From: an uncultured Rikenellaceae bacterium
Lineage (GTDB): Bacteria > Bacteroidota > Bacteroidia > Bacteroidales > VadinHA17
Length of the DNA: 64,000 bases
Direction of reading: 5' to 3'
Assembly: GCA_964429295.1 (NCBI GenBank)
Contig: CAYSBL010000006.1
Coordinates: 259 to 64,258 of the forward strand
Of this stretch, positions 1 through 8,741 are shown one piece after another (position 1 is the stretch's first letter; the number at the start of each line of letters is the position of its first letter). The notes below the pieces were generated by a model. That model saw only the letters and a program-made list of their open reading frames with translations, did not search any database and had not been told where the DNA came from. The translations under genes and the position numbers were made by a program.

Positions 1-1055
1 AGATCGATAAAGTGTTCAAAAGGATGGTATGGAAAGAAGAGCATAATATCCTTCTTGTTGATAGCCGAAAGGATGCTTTTCCCCGGGTGGATACCCTTAT
101 GCTGGATATGCCTGAATGGCTCATAATAGAATTTTTTCTTGCCGAACTGGGGAAATCTCATAAAGTCCTTGAAATTATGGTACCGGTCTCCAGGAATCAG
201 GGCATCGTCAACGCTGAAATTCAGCAGCCTGGTAAGCATTTTCAGCATGTCTTTCGGCATTTCCCTGTCATAAATGAACCTGACAGGGCTTCCATGCTTC
301 CTTTGCTGAATGCTCCGGGATATTTTCTCAATGTAGCTTTCGGAGATATCGTCAGTCAGCTCCAGTTCCGCATCACGTGTCAGCTTTATTGTATAAGCGC
401 TTATCTCATCAAAATCAAAAATGAAGAAAATGTCCTTGAGCCCGAACCGTATTATATCTTCAATGAAGATAAGGTACTTGTTTTCATCGGTTTCAGGGAG
501 GACCACCAGTCGGGGAAGGACATCAGTCGGTACTTCCAGAAGGGCAAACTTCTTCTTTTGCACGTTTTTCTTTGAGAGCGAAATAGCCAGATATATAGCG
601 TCGTCAGTCAGGTTTGGGAAATCGCTGTCTCTGTCGAAAAGGAAAGGCATCAGCCTGTTGCGCACCTCTTTAAGAAAGAAATTCCTTACAAATTCCGACT
701 GTTCAGGGTTAAGTTCCTTTTCACTTATAATATGGATATTGTGCTTTGCAAGTTCCTGGATAAGTCCGGTATAAGCTTTTTCAAACCTTGCATTCTGTTC
801 AAGGACTATCTCATTGACTTTTTTAAGGGTTGCCTTTGGGCTGTAGCCAAGGACATTATGTGATTTGGGACCGAGTTGTGTCAATCGTCTCAGGGTTGCA
901 ACCCTGACCCTGAAATACTCGTCAAGGTTATTTGAATAGATCCCCAGAAAACGAAATCTTTCAAGAAGTGGCACGTCCTTGTTTTCAGCTTCCTGGAGCA
1001 CCCTTTCATTGAATGAGAGCCAGCTTATTTCCTTTGGGATGTATGTCTTGTTCAT
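1..1055 (-). CDS. ppk1: polyphosphate kinase 1, N-terminal part (ORF runs off the left edge of the window)
   Basis: Manual minus-strand translation from the ATG at 1055-1053 gives MNKTYIPKEISWLSFNERVLQEAENKDVPLLERFRFLGIYSNNLDEYFRVRVATLRRL..., a typical PPK1 N-terminus. I translated about 1055-720 and 722-601 without finding a stop, and the absence of any minus-strand ORF listed for 1-1050 is consistent with an ORF open to the window edge. It is absent from the ORF track because no stop lies in the window. Plus-strand ORFs 12..575 and 421..774 are shadow ORFs. Confidence 0.88.
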   Translation of the reverse strand, partial: MNKTYIPKEISWLSFNERVLQEAENKDVPLLERFRFLGIYSNNLDEYFRVRVATLRRLTQLGPKSHNVLGYSPKATLKKVNEIVLEQNARFEKAYTGLIQELAKHNIHIISEKELNPEQSEFVRNFFLKEVRNRLMPFLFDRDSDFPNLTDDAIYLAISLSKKNVQKKKFALLEVPTDVLPRLVVLPETDENKYLIFIEDIIRFGLKDIFFIFDFDEISAYTIKLTRDAELELTDDISESYIEKISRSIQQRKHGSPVRFIYDREMPKDMLKMLTRLLNFSVDDALIPGDRYHNFKDFMRFPQFGKKKFYYEPFRHIQHKGIHPGKSILSAINKKDIMLFFPYHPFEHFID

Positions 1056-1549
1056 AATGTTACGTCAGGTTTCAGAAAATACTCGACAGCTCCCTTCTCC
1101 TTTAGAATGTTTCTCCAGTCATCGGTTTTGAACGACAGGCACACAATCCCGCTTTTTGGGACGAAATCGCAGCCGGTTACCGACAGGAGGTCAGGAATTT
1201 CAGTAAACGACGGATTGTGTCCGAAAAATATCACGGTATTAATTTTTTCATCAAGTTCTCCGGTTATGTCAGAAAATGATTTTAAGGAAGCTGGTGAGTA
1301 GAGGCTCTCTCTCAGGATCATTTTTCCCGGATCATATCCCAGGATCCGGGCGAAGATCACGGCTGTTTCGTAAGCCCTGAAAGCCGGGCTTGTGACCAGA
1401 ATGGCATTATCATTAAGCTTCTTTTTCAGCAGGCGTGCCATTTTTGCCGACACGGTTTTTCCTTTCTGGGTAAGCGATCTCTCGTAGTCGCCGTGCGAAC
1501 CGGTGTGTTCTTCTGCTTTACCGTGCCGCACGAAAATCATTTTTTTCAT
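1052..1549 (-). CDS. SixA-like histidine phosphatase family protein (phosphohistidine phosphatase-like)
   Basis: The N-terminal RHG catalytic motif is present (MIFVRHGKAEE). Size is 165 aa, with a later GHNP motif. Its stop overlaps the ppk1 ATG in an ATGA 4-nt overlap. Confidence 0.75.
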   Translation of the reverse strand: MKKMIFVRHGKAEEHTGSHGDYERSLTQKGKTVSAKMARLLKKKLNDNAILVTSPAFRAYETAVIFARILGYDPGKMILRESLYSPASLKSFSDITGELDEKINTVIFFGHNPSFTEIPDLLSVTGCDFVPKSGIVCLSFKTDDWRNILKEKGAVEYFLKPDVTL

Positions 1550-1586
1550 ACCGGTATTTTCAAGTTATCGAATTGCTTGTCAGCAG

Positions 1587-2627
1587 TCAGTCGCCAAAGC
1601 TGGTACCCATGTTCTTGGCTTTTACAACCATGCCGTTTTCGGGATCCACCAGGTTTGTTTTCCCGGCTATCTCGGCAAGCGGAACCGAAGTTATATCATT
1701 TTTTCTGAGTGCGACCATTTTTCCATATTCCCGTTTTGCGATCAGATCGGCTGCTGCGGATCCGTATCTTGTTGCAAGAACCCGGTCCATGGGAGAGGGG
1801 CTGCCACCCCTTTGTATATAACCGAGAACCGTCTCTCTGGTTTCGATGCCGGTAAGTTCCGAGATCCGTCTGCTAAGGTAGCGTGCAGCCGATTCCTCTT
1901 TCACGGGGACCTTTATTCCTTCGGCTACGACTATTATCGAGTAAGGCTTGTTATCCCTGAACCTGTTGATGAGGTAATCGGCAATCTTTTCTTCATCATA
2001 TTTTATTTCGGGGATCAGAATGACATCGCCTCCTCCGGCAATACCCGAATAAAGAGCGATCCAGCCGGCATTGTGTCCCATGACCTCGATAATCATTATT
2101 CTCTTGTGGGAGTTTGCAGTCGAGTGGAGCCTGTCGATGGCTTCGGTTGCAATATTGACAGCTGAATCGAATCCGAATGACTGATCGGTTCCAAAGACGT
2201 CGTTATCGATGGTTTTTGGTATGCCGATTATATTCAGTCCTTCCTGTGCAAGAAGGTTGGCTGTCTTCAGAGTTCCGTTGCCTCCAATGCAAACAAGGCA
2301 GTCGAGTTCCATTTGTTCATAATGTTCCTTAATAAGCGCAGGTTTTCTAATGTCGTTTTTATTCTTTCCATCGCTTTTAAAGGGTTTTTCCCTGGAAGTA
2401 CCCAGGATTGTGCCTCCCAGTGTGAGTATACCGGAAAGGTCCTTTTCGGTCAGTTCCCTGTATTCCTTGTTTATAAGCCCGGTATAGCCGTCACTTATGC
2501 CGATGACCCTCATGTCGTATTTCACTATGGCTGTTTTTCCCACTCCGCGAATGGCAGCGTTAAGTCCCGGACAATCGCCTCCTGCAGTAAGAATCCCGAT
2601 CTTTTGACCGTTGCGTATTTTCCCCAT
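1587..2627 (-). CDS. pfkA: 6-phosphofructokinase
   Basis: Contains GILTAGGDCPGLNAAIRG, IGGNGTL and PKTIDND motifs of the PfkA family. The track ORF starts at 2687, but homology begins at MGKIRNGQKIG, so the start is probably 2627. Confidence 0.9.
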   Translation of the reverse strand: MGKIRNGQKIGILTAGGDCPGLNAAIRGVGKTAIVKYDMRVIGISDGYTGLINKEYRELTEKDLSGILTLGGTILGTSREKPFKSDGKNKNDIRKPALIKEHYEQMELDCLVCIGGNGTLKTANLLAQEGLNIIGIPKTIDNDVFGTDQSFGFDSAVNIATEAIDRLHSTANSHKRIMIIEVMGHNAGWIALYSGIAGGGDVILIPEIKYDEEKIADYLINRFRDNKPYSIIVVAEGIKVPVKEESAARYLSRRISELTGIETRETVLGYIQRGGSPSPMDRVLATRYGSAAADLIAKREYGKMVALRKNDITSVPLAEIAGKTNLVDPENGMVVKAKNMGTSFGD

Positions 2628-2767
2628 CTGATAGATTTTGAGTTTAACAAATTTAATTCTTTTTGCGTGACGGCGCCATAAAATCATCAGTCAACATGGT
2701 TATTGACAGCTTGATTATTGGCATTATTGTACGAAAAACATAACTTTAGCCGGCTAATAAGCATTTA

Positions 2768-3658
2768 ATGACAAAGTCTGCTGCCGGTCATAATGAAACC
2801 TTTGGATTCAAACCGGTTCTTTGCGGTTTCATAAGCGAAGCACTGGAGTTGATTCAACCGGGAAGGCTGCCGGGGCAAAGGGTTGTTCACGATGTGAGGG
2901 TGCTTATGAAGAGGGCACGTGCAGCCATAAAACTGCTAAGGAGCAGCATGGATGAGCAGACCTTCAGGCGGGAATACGCTGCATTCCGCGAAACGGGAAG
3001 GATAATGAGCACATGGCGTGAATCGGCTGTACACCTAAAACTACTGAGAGATTTCAGAAAGAAGCATCCGGCTTTGTTCTCCCGCGTAAGGGATGAACAA
3101 GCAATAAGGCAGATCCTGGTGATCCATGAAGATCCGGCCTCTTCTTCCGGAAATATCAGGGAAGATCTGCTGAAGATAAGGGATATGCTTCACCGATCAT
3201 CCTTCCGGATCCGCTTTTTAAATATGCAGTATCTTGATCAGGACCTTCTTCGGGCTGAACTGGAGAGATCATTCCTGCTTGTTGCGGATTGCTACCTTAC
3301 GGCAAGGCACAATCCAAAGGATGTCAATATCCACGAGTTCAGAAAGAAAACCAAGGATCTGCTTTATCAGCTGTTTTTTTTCAGGCAATCGAATCCCAAG
3401 GCGGTGAGAAATTTCGAGAAGAGACTTGATACCCTTGCACAGGATCTTGGAAAGTACAATGATTATGCAGTATTGCTGAGAACTATAGAATATAAGTACA
3501 CACCCGGATGCCGGAATCAAGCAATGGATGAGTTTGCTGTTATCATCAGGCAGGAACAGGACAGGTATCTTGGCAGGATCTGGCCGGCGGCATACAGGAT
3601 TTTCAGACCGGGACTTACACTGCAGCATATGCGGGGATTTGGGAGGAGTGAGGAGTGA
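2768..3658 (+). CDS. CHAD domain-containing protein (polyphosphate-granule associated family)
   Basis: Two CHAD-type His-helix motifs are present: VHDVRVLMKRARAAIKLLR and IHEFRKKTKDLLYQLFFF. The protein is predicted all-helical, 296 aa. Confidence 0.7.
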   Translation: MTKSAAGHNETFGFKPVLCGFISEALELIQPGRLPGQRVVHDVRVLMKRARAAIKLLRSSMDEQTFRREYAAFRETGRIMSTWRESAVHLKLLRDFRKKHPALFSRVRDEQAIRQILVIHEDPASSSGNIREDLLKIRDMLHRSSFRIRFLNMQYLDQDLLRAELERSFLLVADCYLTARHNPKDVNIHEFRKKTKDLLYQLFFFRQSNPKAVRNFEKRLDTLAQDLGKYNDYAVLLRTIEYKYTPGCRNQAMDEFAVIIRQEQDRYLGRIWPAAYRIFRPGLTLQHMRGFGRSEE

Positions 3659-3722
3659 GGAAATTAGGAAATAAGGAAATTAGGAAATAAGGAAATTAGG
3701 AAATTGGGAAATTGGGAAATGA
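3645..3722 (+). repeat. C-free tandem array: GGAGTGA x2 followed by GGAAAT(T/A)(A/G) octamer x8
   Basis: Read directly: GGAGTGA GGAGTGA GGAAATTA GGAAATAA GGAAATTA GGAAATAA GGAAATTA GGAAATTG GGAAATTG GGAAATGA. The array spans the CHAD stop codon (3656-3658) and ends 8 nt before the ATG at 3730. Confidence 0.95.
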
Positions 3723-3729
3723 ATCCGAT

Positions 3730-5220
3730 ATGATCAGGATAAGATGCATAGGCCCTGAGGGAGCAAGGGAGATGGATTCGGAGGAAGGAATTCCGCTCCA
3801 GTCCATACTGAGAAACAACGGATACAATATTTACTCGCCGTGCGGCGGAAGGGGCCGTTGCGGCAAATGTACCGTATGGGTATCAGGTGTCGGAAAGGTA
3901 TTGTCGTGCAGATATTTCCCTGTCAGCGATATTGAAATCATTCTGCCGGGGGATGATGAAGCCAGGATACTTGTTCGACAGACCGAGTTCCTTGAGGATT
4001 TTCAGTTCAGGCCTGAGCTTTCCTCCTGTCACAGCAAAGCTCCCTATGGTGTAGCTATCGATCTGGGCACGACCACCGTGGCTCTTTACTTTCTGAACCT
4101 GATTGACGGAGCGATTGAAAAAGTATCATCCTTTCTTAATCCGCAGATGATATTCGGAGCGGACATAATAAGCCGGATCACCTGGTGCCAGGAAAATGAG
4201 ACCGGTCTTAAGGAGCTCAGGAATTTGATAACCGGTAGCATAAATTACGAAGTGGAAGCCTTTCTGGCTGAACAGGGCCTGGAAAACAAAAATATTGAAA
4301 AAGTTGTTGTGGCAGGCAATACTACAATGCTTCACCTGCTTCTGGGTGAAGATCCGGTCCCTATTGCCCTTGCTCCGTTCACACCGAAGTTTACCTCGCG
4401 GCAGGTTAGGAAGGGTTCTTTGTCCGGGCTGAAGATCAATCCTGATGGCCAGCTGATTACTCTGCCATGTCTTTCGGCTTATGTTGGTTCAGACATCATA
4501 GCAGGGCTGGCTGTACTGAAGCCCCTTTACCTTAATTATCTGTTTGTGGATATTGGCACAAACGGCGAGATAGCTCTTGTCAAAGGGGATACTGTTTATT
4601 CCTGTTCCGCTGCTGCCGGACCGGCATTCGAGGGAGCTAACCTGTCATGCGGCATGGCGGCTGTGACCGGAGCTATATCAGTTTTTTCCGATGCCGGAGT
4701 ATTTCAGGTGATAGGGAATGCAGAACCGTCAGGTATCTGCGGATCAGGTATCGTCGACATTGTTGCATATCTCGTCAGAAAAGGTATTGTGGACGAGACG
4801 GGTTTTCTGAATGAATCGTTCGTGATTCATCCCGGCAGGAACATAATGGTAACACGGCAGGATATAAGGGAAATCCAGCTTGTTAAATCAGCAATCTGTT
4901 CAGGGATCAGGATTCTCATGAAACGTGCCGGAATGGGATTTGAAGATATCGGTGCTCTTTTCCTTGCCGGCGGTTTTGGAAACTACATAAACATAAATTC
5001 AGCCATTGACATTGGTCTTCTGCCTTCAGAGCTGGAAAACCGGATCTTTGCTGTTGGAAACAGTGCAGGGATAGGTGCGATGCAAAATCTGCGTTCGGAT
5101 GAGCACGAACGGCGAATGGTCAGGATCCTTGAAAATTCAAGGTACGTGGAATTATCAGAAGCCGAAGATTTTCCTGAGGAATTTGCCATTAACATGTATT
5201 TCCCGAAACGATCAGGATGA
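3730..5220 (+). CDS. RACo-like ASKHA (DUF4445) ATPase with N-terminal plant-type 2Fe-2S ferredoxin domain (corrinoid reductive activase family)
   Basis: Shows a CGGRGRCGKC ferredoxin motif, then the ASKHA motifs DLGTTTV, VAGNTTMLHLL, DIGTNGE, AAGPAFEG and GICGSG. The track start at 3712 is a TTG inside the repeat, so the ATG at 3730 (MIRIRC) is preferred. Confidence 0.72.
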   Translation: MIRIRCIGPEGAREMDSEEGIPLQSILRNNGYNIYSPCGGRGRCGKCTVWVSGVGKVLSCRYFPVSDIEIILPGDDEARILVRQTEFLEDFQFRPELSSCHSKAPYGVAIDLGTTTVALYFLNLIDGAIEKVSSFLNPQMIFGADIISRITWCQENETGLKELRNLITGSINYEVEAFLAEQGLENKNIEKVVVAGNTTMLHLLLGEDPVPIALAPFTPKFTSRQVRKGSLSGLKINPDGQLITLPCLSAYVGSDIIAGLAVLKPLYLNYLFVDIGTNGEIALVKGDTVYSCSAAAGPAFEGANLSCGMAAVTGAISVFSDAGVFQVIGNAEPSGICGSGIVDIVAYLVRKGIVDETGFLNESFVIHPGRNIMVTRQDIREIQLVKSAICSGIRILMKRAGMGFEDIGALFLAGGFGNYININSAIDIGLLPSELENRIFAVGNSAGIGAMQNLRSDEHERRMVRILENSRYVELSEAEDFPEEFAINMYFPKRSG

Positions 5221-5345
5221 GATTCTTACCCGGATATGGTCCGGCAACCTGCATCCGGAATTTTTACGGGAGATATGATAATACCTGACTTCCTTGGCTT
5301 TTTTCCAATAGATTTCTATATTTGAGACAACAAAAAAGATTTAAA

Positions 5346-5735
5346 ATGAAAAAAGGGATTATTACATTATTAATGCTTGCATTTTGTGCAGTTTTCACCG
5401 TGACAGGTCAGACCGGCTCAAAGAGCCAGGTTCACACAGGCAAGTGGAAGTTTGAAGCTCCATATGCGCCTGAAGGATTTACCAGCGGTACCATCGATGT
5501 GAAATTTGCTGATGAAAAGTATACTACTTCCATTTCCTTCCCGGCCAGCGGTTATTCCCTGACAGGAGAAAAGGCAAAGGTAGAAAAGGATACCCTTGTA
5601 TTTACTGTTTATGTTGAAGGACAGGAAGTTGTTGTTCATCTCAAGGCTGACAGCGACCAGAAAATGACAGGCAAAGCTGTCTATTTTGAAGGAGAGATAC
5701 CCCTGACACTGACCAGAGAGGAAGCTTCAAATTAA
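5346..5735 (+). CDS. small secreted hypothetical protein
   Basis: Has a signal peptide, MKKGIITLLMLAFCAVFTVTGQ. The track start at 5322 is a TTG, so the ATG at 5346 is preferred. A terminator lies downstream. Confidence 0.5.
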   Translation: MKKGIITLLMLAFCAVFTVTGQTGSKSQVHTGKWKFEAPYAPEGFTSGTIDVKFADEKYTTSISFPASGYSLTGEKAKVEKDTLVFTVYVEGQEVVVHLKADSDQKMTGKAVYFEGEIPLTLTREEASN

Positions 5736-5778
5736 GCTTCCCCTGTTCCCGTTCAAAAAAGCAATCAGCCGCCAAATG

Positions 5779-5803
5779 TCCCCCTGACGGGGGATTTTCT
5801 TTA
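5779..5803 (+). terminator. Rho-independent terminator
   Basis: The stem TCCCCC/GGGGGA has a TGAC loop and is followed by TTTTCTTT. It lies 44 nt after the stop at 5735. Confidence 0.6.
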
Positions 5804-5831
5804 TATATGCATGAAGTGAAAAATTGATGAT

Positions 5832-7796
5832 ATGAATTTAAGACTGTGTTTTACTTTTTCACTGTCGTTTTTGCTCAGCTTGCAGCTTGTTATTTCGGAA
5901 GAAACCAAACCTCTCAGCGAGAGAACTACCGGCTACAGGTTTGACGTGAAACTAAATACGGAAGCAAAAACCGTTTCCGGTAAGATGTATGCGTTCTGGG
6001 TTAATAAAACTTCAGATACTGTTCCTGAAATCAGGATGCATCTGTATATGAATGCATTCAGAAGCAGTAAGACAACATTTTACAAAGAGTCGGGCGGCTC
6101 GCCCGGACGGAGGGAATCAGATCCGGGATGGATCGAGGTAAATTCCTTTACAGGAAATGATGGACTTGATCTTCTTCCTTCGATGGAATATATGAGTCCG
6201 GATGATGGTAACCTTGAGGACAGGACTGTGATACGGGTAATGCTTCCAAAACCGGCGATGCCGGGCGATACTGTTGCCGTGGCAATTGACTTTGAAACGA
6301 AGCTTCCGTCTGTTATCAGGAGAACAGGGTTTACTGATGACTTTTTCTTTGTAGGCCAGTGGTTTCCGAAGTTCGGAGTCTACGAACCTTCATCTGATAG
6401 TGAAAAGGGCAGGGGGGAGTGGAACTGCCATCAGTTTCATGCACATTCAGAATTCTATTCCAATCACAGTGTTTATGATGTAACAATAACACTTCCTTCA
6501 GAATATGTGACTGGTTCGGGCGGGAGGCTGATCTCGGAAAAGATAGACGGCAGTATGAAGACACAGGTTTTCCGTGCCGAGGACATTGTCGATTTTGCAT
6601 GGACAGCCTGGCCCGGTTACCATGTTTTTACTGACAAATGGAATCATGTCGATATTACGCTTCTTATACCGGAAACGCGTATAAATCAGGTTGAAAGACA
6701 GTTCTCATCTGTGAAAAATGCGCTTGAATATCTAGGCAGCAACGTGGGCCCCTATCCCTGGACTCATCTGACCATAGTTGATCCTCCTATGAAAGGCGCC
6801 GGTGCCGGGGGAATGGAATACACCACTCTATTTACATCCGGTTCATCCGACAGGATGCCTGAGTTTGTCAATCTGCCTGAAAACGTAACGATTCACGAAT
6901 TTGGTCATGCATATTTCATGGGTATATTGGCCAGCAATGAGTTTGAGGAACCCTGGCTCGATGAGGGAGTAAACAGTTACTGGGAAGGACGAATTATGGA
7001 CCATTATTACGGAAACAGGTCGGGAATGATTGATCACCGGTTATTCAGTGTTTCCGACAATTCACTTTTAAGATTATCCTACGTAAGATCTTCTGTCAGG
7101 CAGATTGCCAGCAACAGGGAGTTATCGTGGAATTATCCGCGTGGTTCATATTACATGTTGTCATACCAGAAGGCGGCCACATTGCTGCGAACTCTTGAAG
7201 GCATAATAGGAGAAAAGACCATGGACAATATTTTCAGGGAATATTACCGCAAGTGGGCTTTCCGGCATCCCCGGGGGAAGGATTTCATTGAGGTGGTCAG
7301 TGAGGTTGTGAGAAAGGAACATGGTGAAAAGTACGGCCCCGACATGAACTGGTTTTTTGACCAGACATTATACGGGACCGGCATTTGCGATTACAGAGTA
7401 TCACAGATAGTCAACAGCAGGCATTTCAGGCCGGAAGGTCTGACGGAGTATGAGGACACGGATGAAGAATCTCAGGATTCAGATTCTCTTTACACGGCAA
7501 TTGCCATGGTCGACAGGCTGGGTGAAGTAATGCTTCCCGTAGAAGTTCTTGTGCATTTCACTAACGGCGACGAGATTCTTGAGGTGTGGGATGGAAAGGA
7601 AAGATATAAAGATTTCACCTATACTGGCCACCGTCGTATCGAATGGGTTAAGGTTGATCCCGAATACAAGATTGCCATGGATGTGAATTTCGTTAATAAC
7701 TCAATGTCGGAAAGTCCATGGCGCCTTCCGGTACGCCGTCTGGCGCACAAGCTGCTTGCTTTCATTCAATTCAGTTTTAGTTTGATTTTACTGTAA
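5832..7796 (+). CDS. M1-family zinc metallopeptidase (aminopeptidase N-like), secreted
   Basis: Contains HEFGHAYF (HEXXH) followed by WLDEG (the third-ligand Glu). An N-terminal signal-like segment is present. Confidence 0.8.
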   Translation: MNLRLCFTFSLSFLLSLQLVISEETKPLSERTTGYRFDVKLNTEAKTVSGKMYAFWVNKTSDTVPEIRMHLYMNAFRSSKTTFYKESGGSPGRRESDPGWIEVNSFTGNDGLDLLPSMEYMSPDDGNLEDRTVIRVMLPKPAMPGDTVAVAIDFETKLPSVIRRTGFTDDFFFVGQWFPKFGVYEPSSDSEKGRGEWNCHQFHAHSEFYSNHSVYDVTITLPSEYVTGSGGRLISEKIDGSMKTQVFRAEDIVDFAWTAWPGYHVFTDKWNHVDITLLIPETRINQVERQFSSVKNALEYLGSNVGPYPWTHLTIVDPPMKGAGAGGMEYTTLFTSGSSDRMPEFVNLPENVTIHEFGHAYFMGILASNEFEEPWLDEGVNSYWEGRIMDHYYGNRSGMIDHRLFSVSDNSLLRLSYVRSSVRQIASNRELSWNYPRGSYYMLSYQKAATLLRTLEGIIGEKTMDNIFREYYRKWAFRHPRGKDFIEVVSEVVRKEHGEKYGPDMNWFFDQTLYGTGICDYRVSQIVNSRHFRPEGLTEYEDTDEESQDSDSLYTAIAMVDRLGEVMLPVEVLVHFTNGDEILEVWDGKERYKDFTYTGHRRIEWVKVDPEYKIAMDVNFVNNSMSESPWRLPVRRLAHKLLAFIQFSFSLILL

Positions 7797-7808
7797 AATA
7801 ATTCACTG

Positions 7809-8741
7809 ATGAAGATAATCAGTTCCCTCAGAACGGGTTTCGGCAGAGTATTCAGAGCATGGAATGCCGTTGTAATTACATGGTTTTTATTTTTTCTTCT
7901 TACTGTCCTTCTCGTTTTTCCGCTGAGGTCTGCTTTGAACAATACATTGGGCAGCAGTATGATAACCGAAAGACTGGCGGAAGGGCTGGATATTGAGGTC
8001 TTTGCTGATCTGGGAGATGCTGGAAAAAGTCTTCTGTCATTTTTTGCGAGCGGATTCTTTTATACGTTCGTTGTTGCTTTTCTGTTGAATGCTTTCATTT
8101 CGGCAGGCCTGTTCGGCATCATGAGGAAAGATTCGGCCGGATTTTCCTCAGGGGATTTCTTCAGAGCTGCCGGCCGCAATTTTCTGTCATTTCTGCTGAT
8201 ATTATTTATCCTGACGATCGTTTTTGGATTAAGCGTGATATTGCTTGTGATAGTTCCATTGGGAGCCAGCGGAATCGGGGATGGAGGATCTCCCGGTGCC
8301 ATACAGCTTGCTGCCGTCATATTGCTGATCCTTCTTTCGCCTGTTTTTCTTCTTGTTGCTGATTACTCAAGGGCCAGGAAGGCAAGCCGCGAAGATGTTT
8401 CGGCTTTTGAAGCCATTGGATACGGACTCAGCCGTACCTTTGGCAATTTCGGCAGGTCGTATCTTCTGATGGTTCTGCTGGTTCTGGCTCAGATAGTTCT
8501 TCTGGCAGCCATGTTTCTGATAATGCCGGTCTGGAGGCCGTCAACCGGCGCAGGTGTTTTGCTTATGCTGGTCGTATCCCAGCTGCTTGTATTTCTGAGA
8601 TTGTTCCTGAAAGCCTGGAGGTATGCAGGAGTTACATCAATGATGGAAAACCTTGAGCCAGCAAGGCCTGAAGCGCCTCAGTCCAAAACCACCGGGTCAG
8701 CCGCCGGCGGTTTCAGTCAGAATATGGAGAAGCTCACATAG
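7809..8741 (+). CDS. polytopic membrane protein, unknown function
   Basis: Multiple long hydrophobic segments, 310 aa. It starts 12 nt after the M1 peptidase gene. Confidence 0.5.
   Translation: MKIISSLRTGFGRVFRAWNAVVITWFLFFLLTVLLVFPLRSALNNTLGSSMITERLAEGLDIEVFADLGDAGKSLLSFFASGFFYTFVVAFLLNAFISAGLFGIMRKDSAGFSSGDFFRAAGRNFLSFLLILFILTIVFGLSVILLVIVPLGASGIGDGGSPGAIQLAAVILLILLSPVFLLVADYSRARKASREDVSAFEAIGYGLSRTFGNFGRSYLLMVLLVLAQIVLLAAMFLIMPVWRPSTGAGVLLMLVVSQLLVFLRLFLKAWRYAGVTSMMENLEPARPEAPQSKTTGSAAGGFSQNMEKLT

Noticed and set aside
12-774. Plus-strand ORFs 12..575 (187 aa) and 421..774 (117 aa)
   Set aside because: They lie antisense to a continuous minus-strand frame that translates into an unmistakable PPK1 N-terminus. 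Their composition is low-complexity and not protein-like, so they are shadow ORFs.
1503-2165. 220-aa plus-strand ORF (and 1573..1821, 2313..2681) opposite pfkA
   Set aside because: They are antisense to a strongly supported pfkA gene. They are Cys/Phe/Ser-rich with no recognisable motifs, as expected for shadow ORFs.
1587-2627. Possibility that pfkA next to ppk1 is a PPi- or polyP-dependent phosphofructokinase
   Set aside because: The GGNGT motif keeps Gly at the position that is Asp in PPi-dependent PFKs (GGDD). The sequence therefore gives no support for a non-ATP phosphoryl donor, and the idea remains pure speculation.
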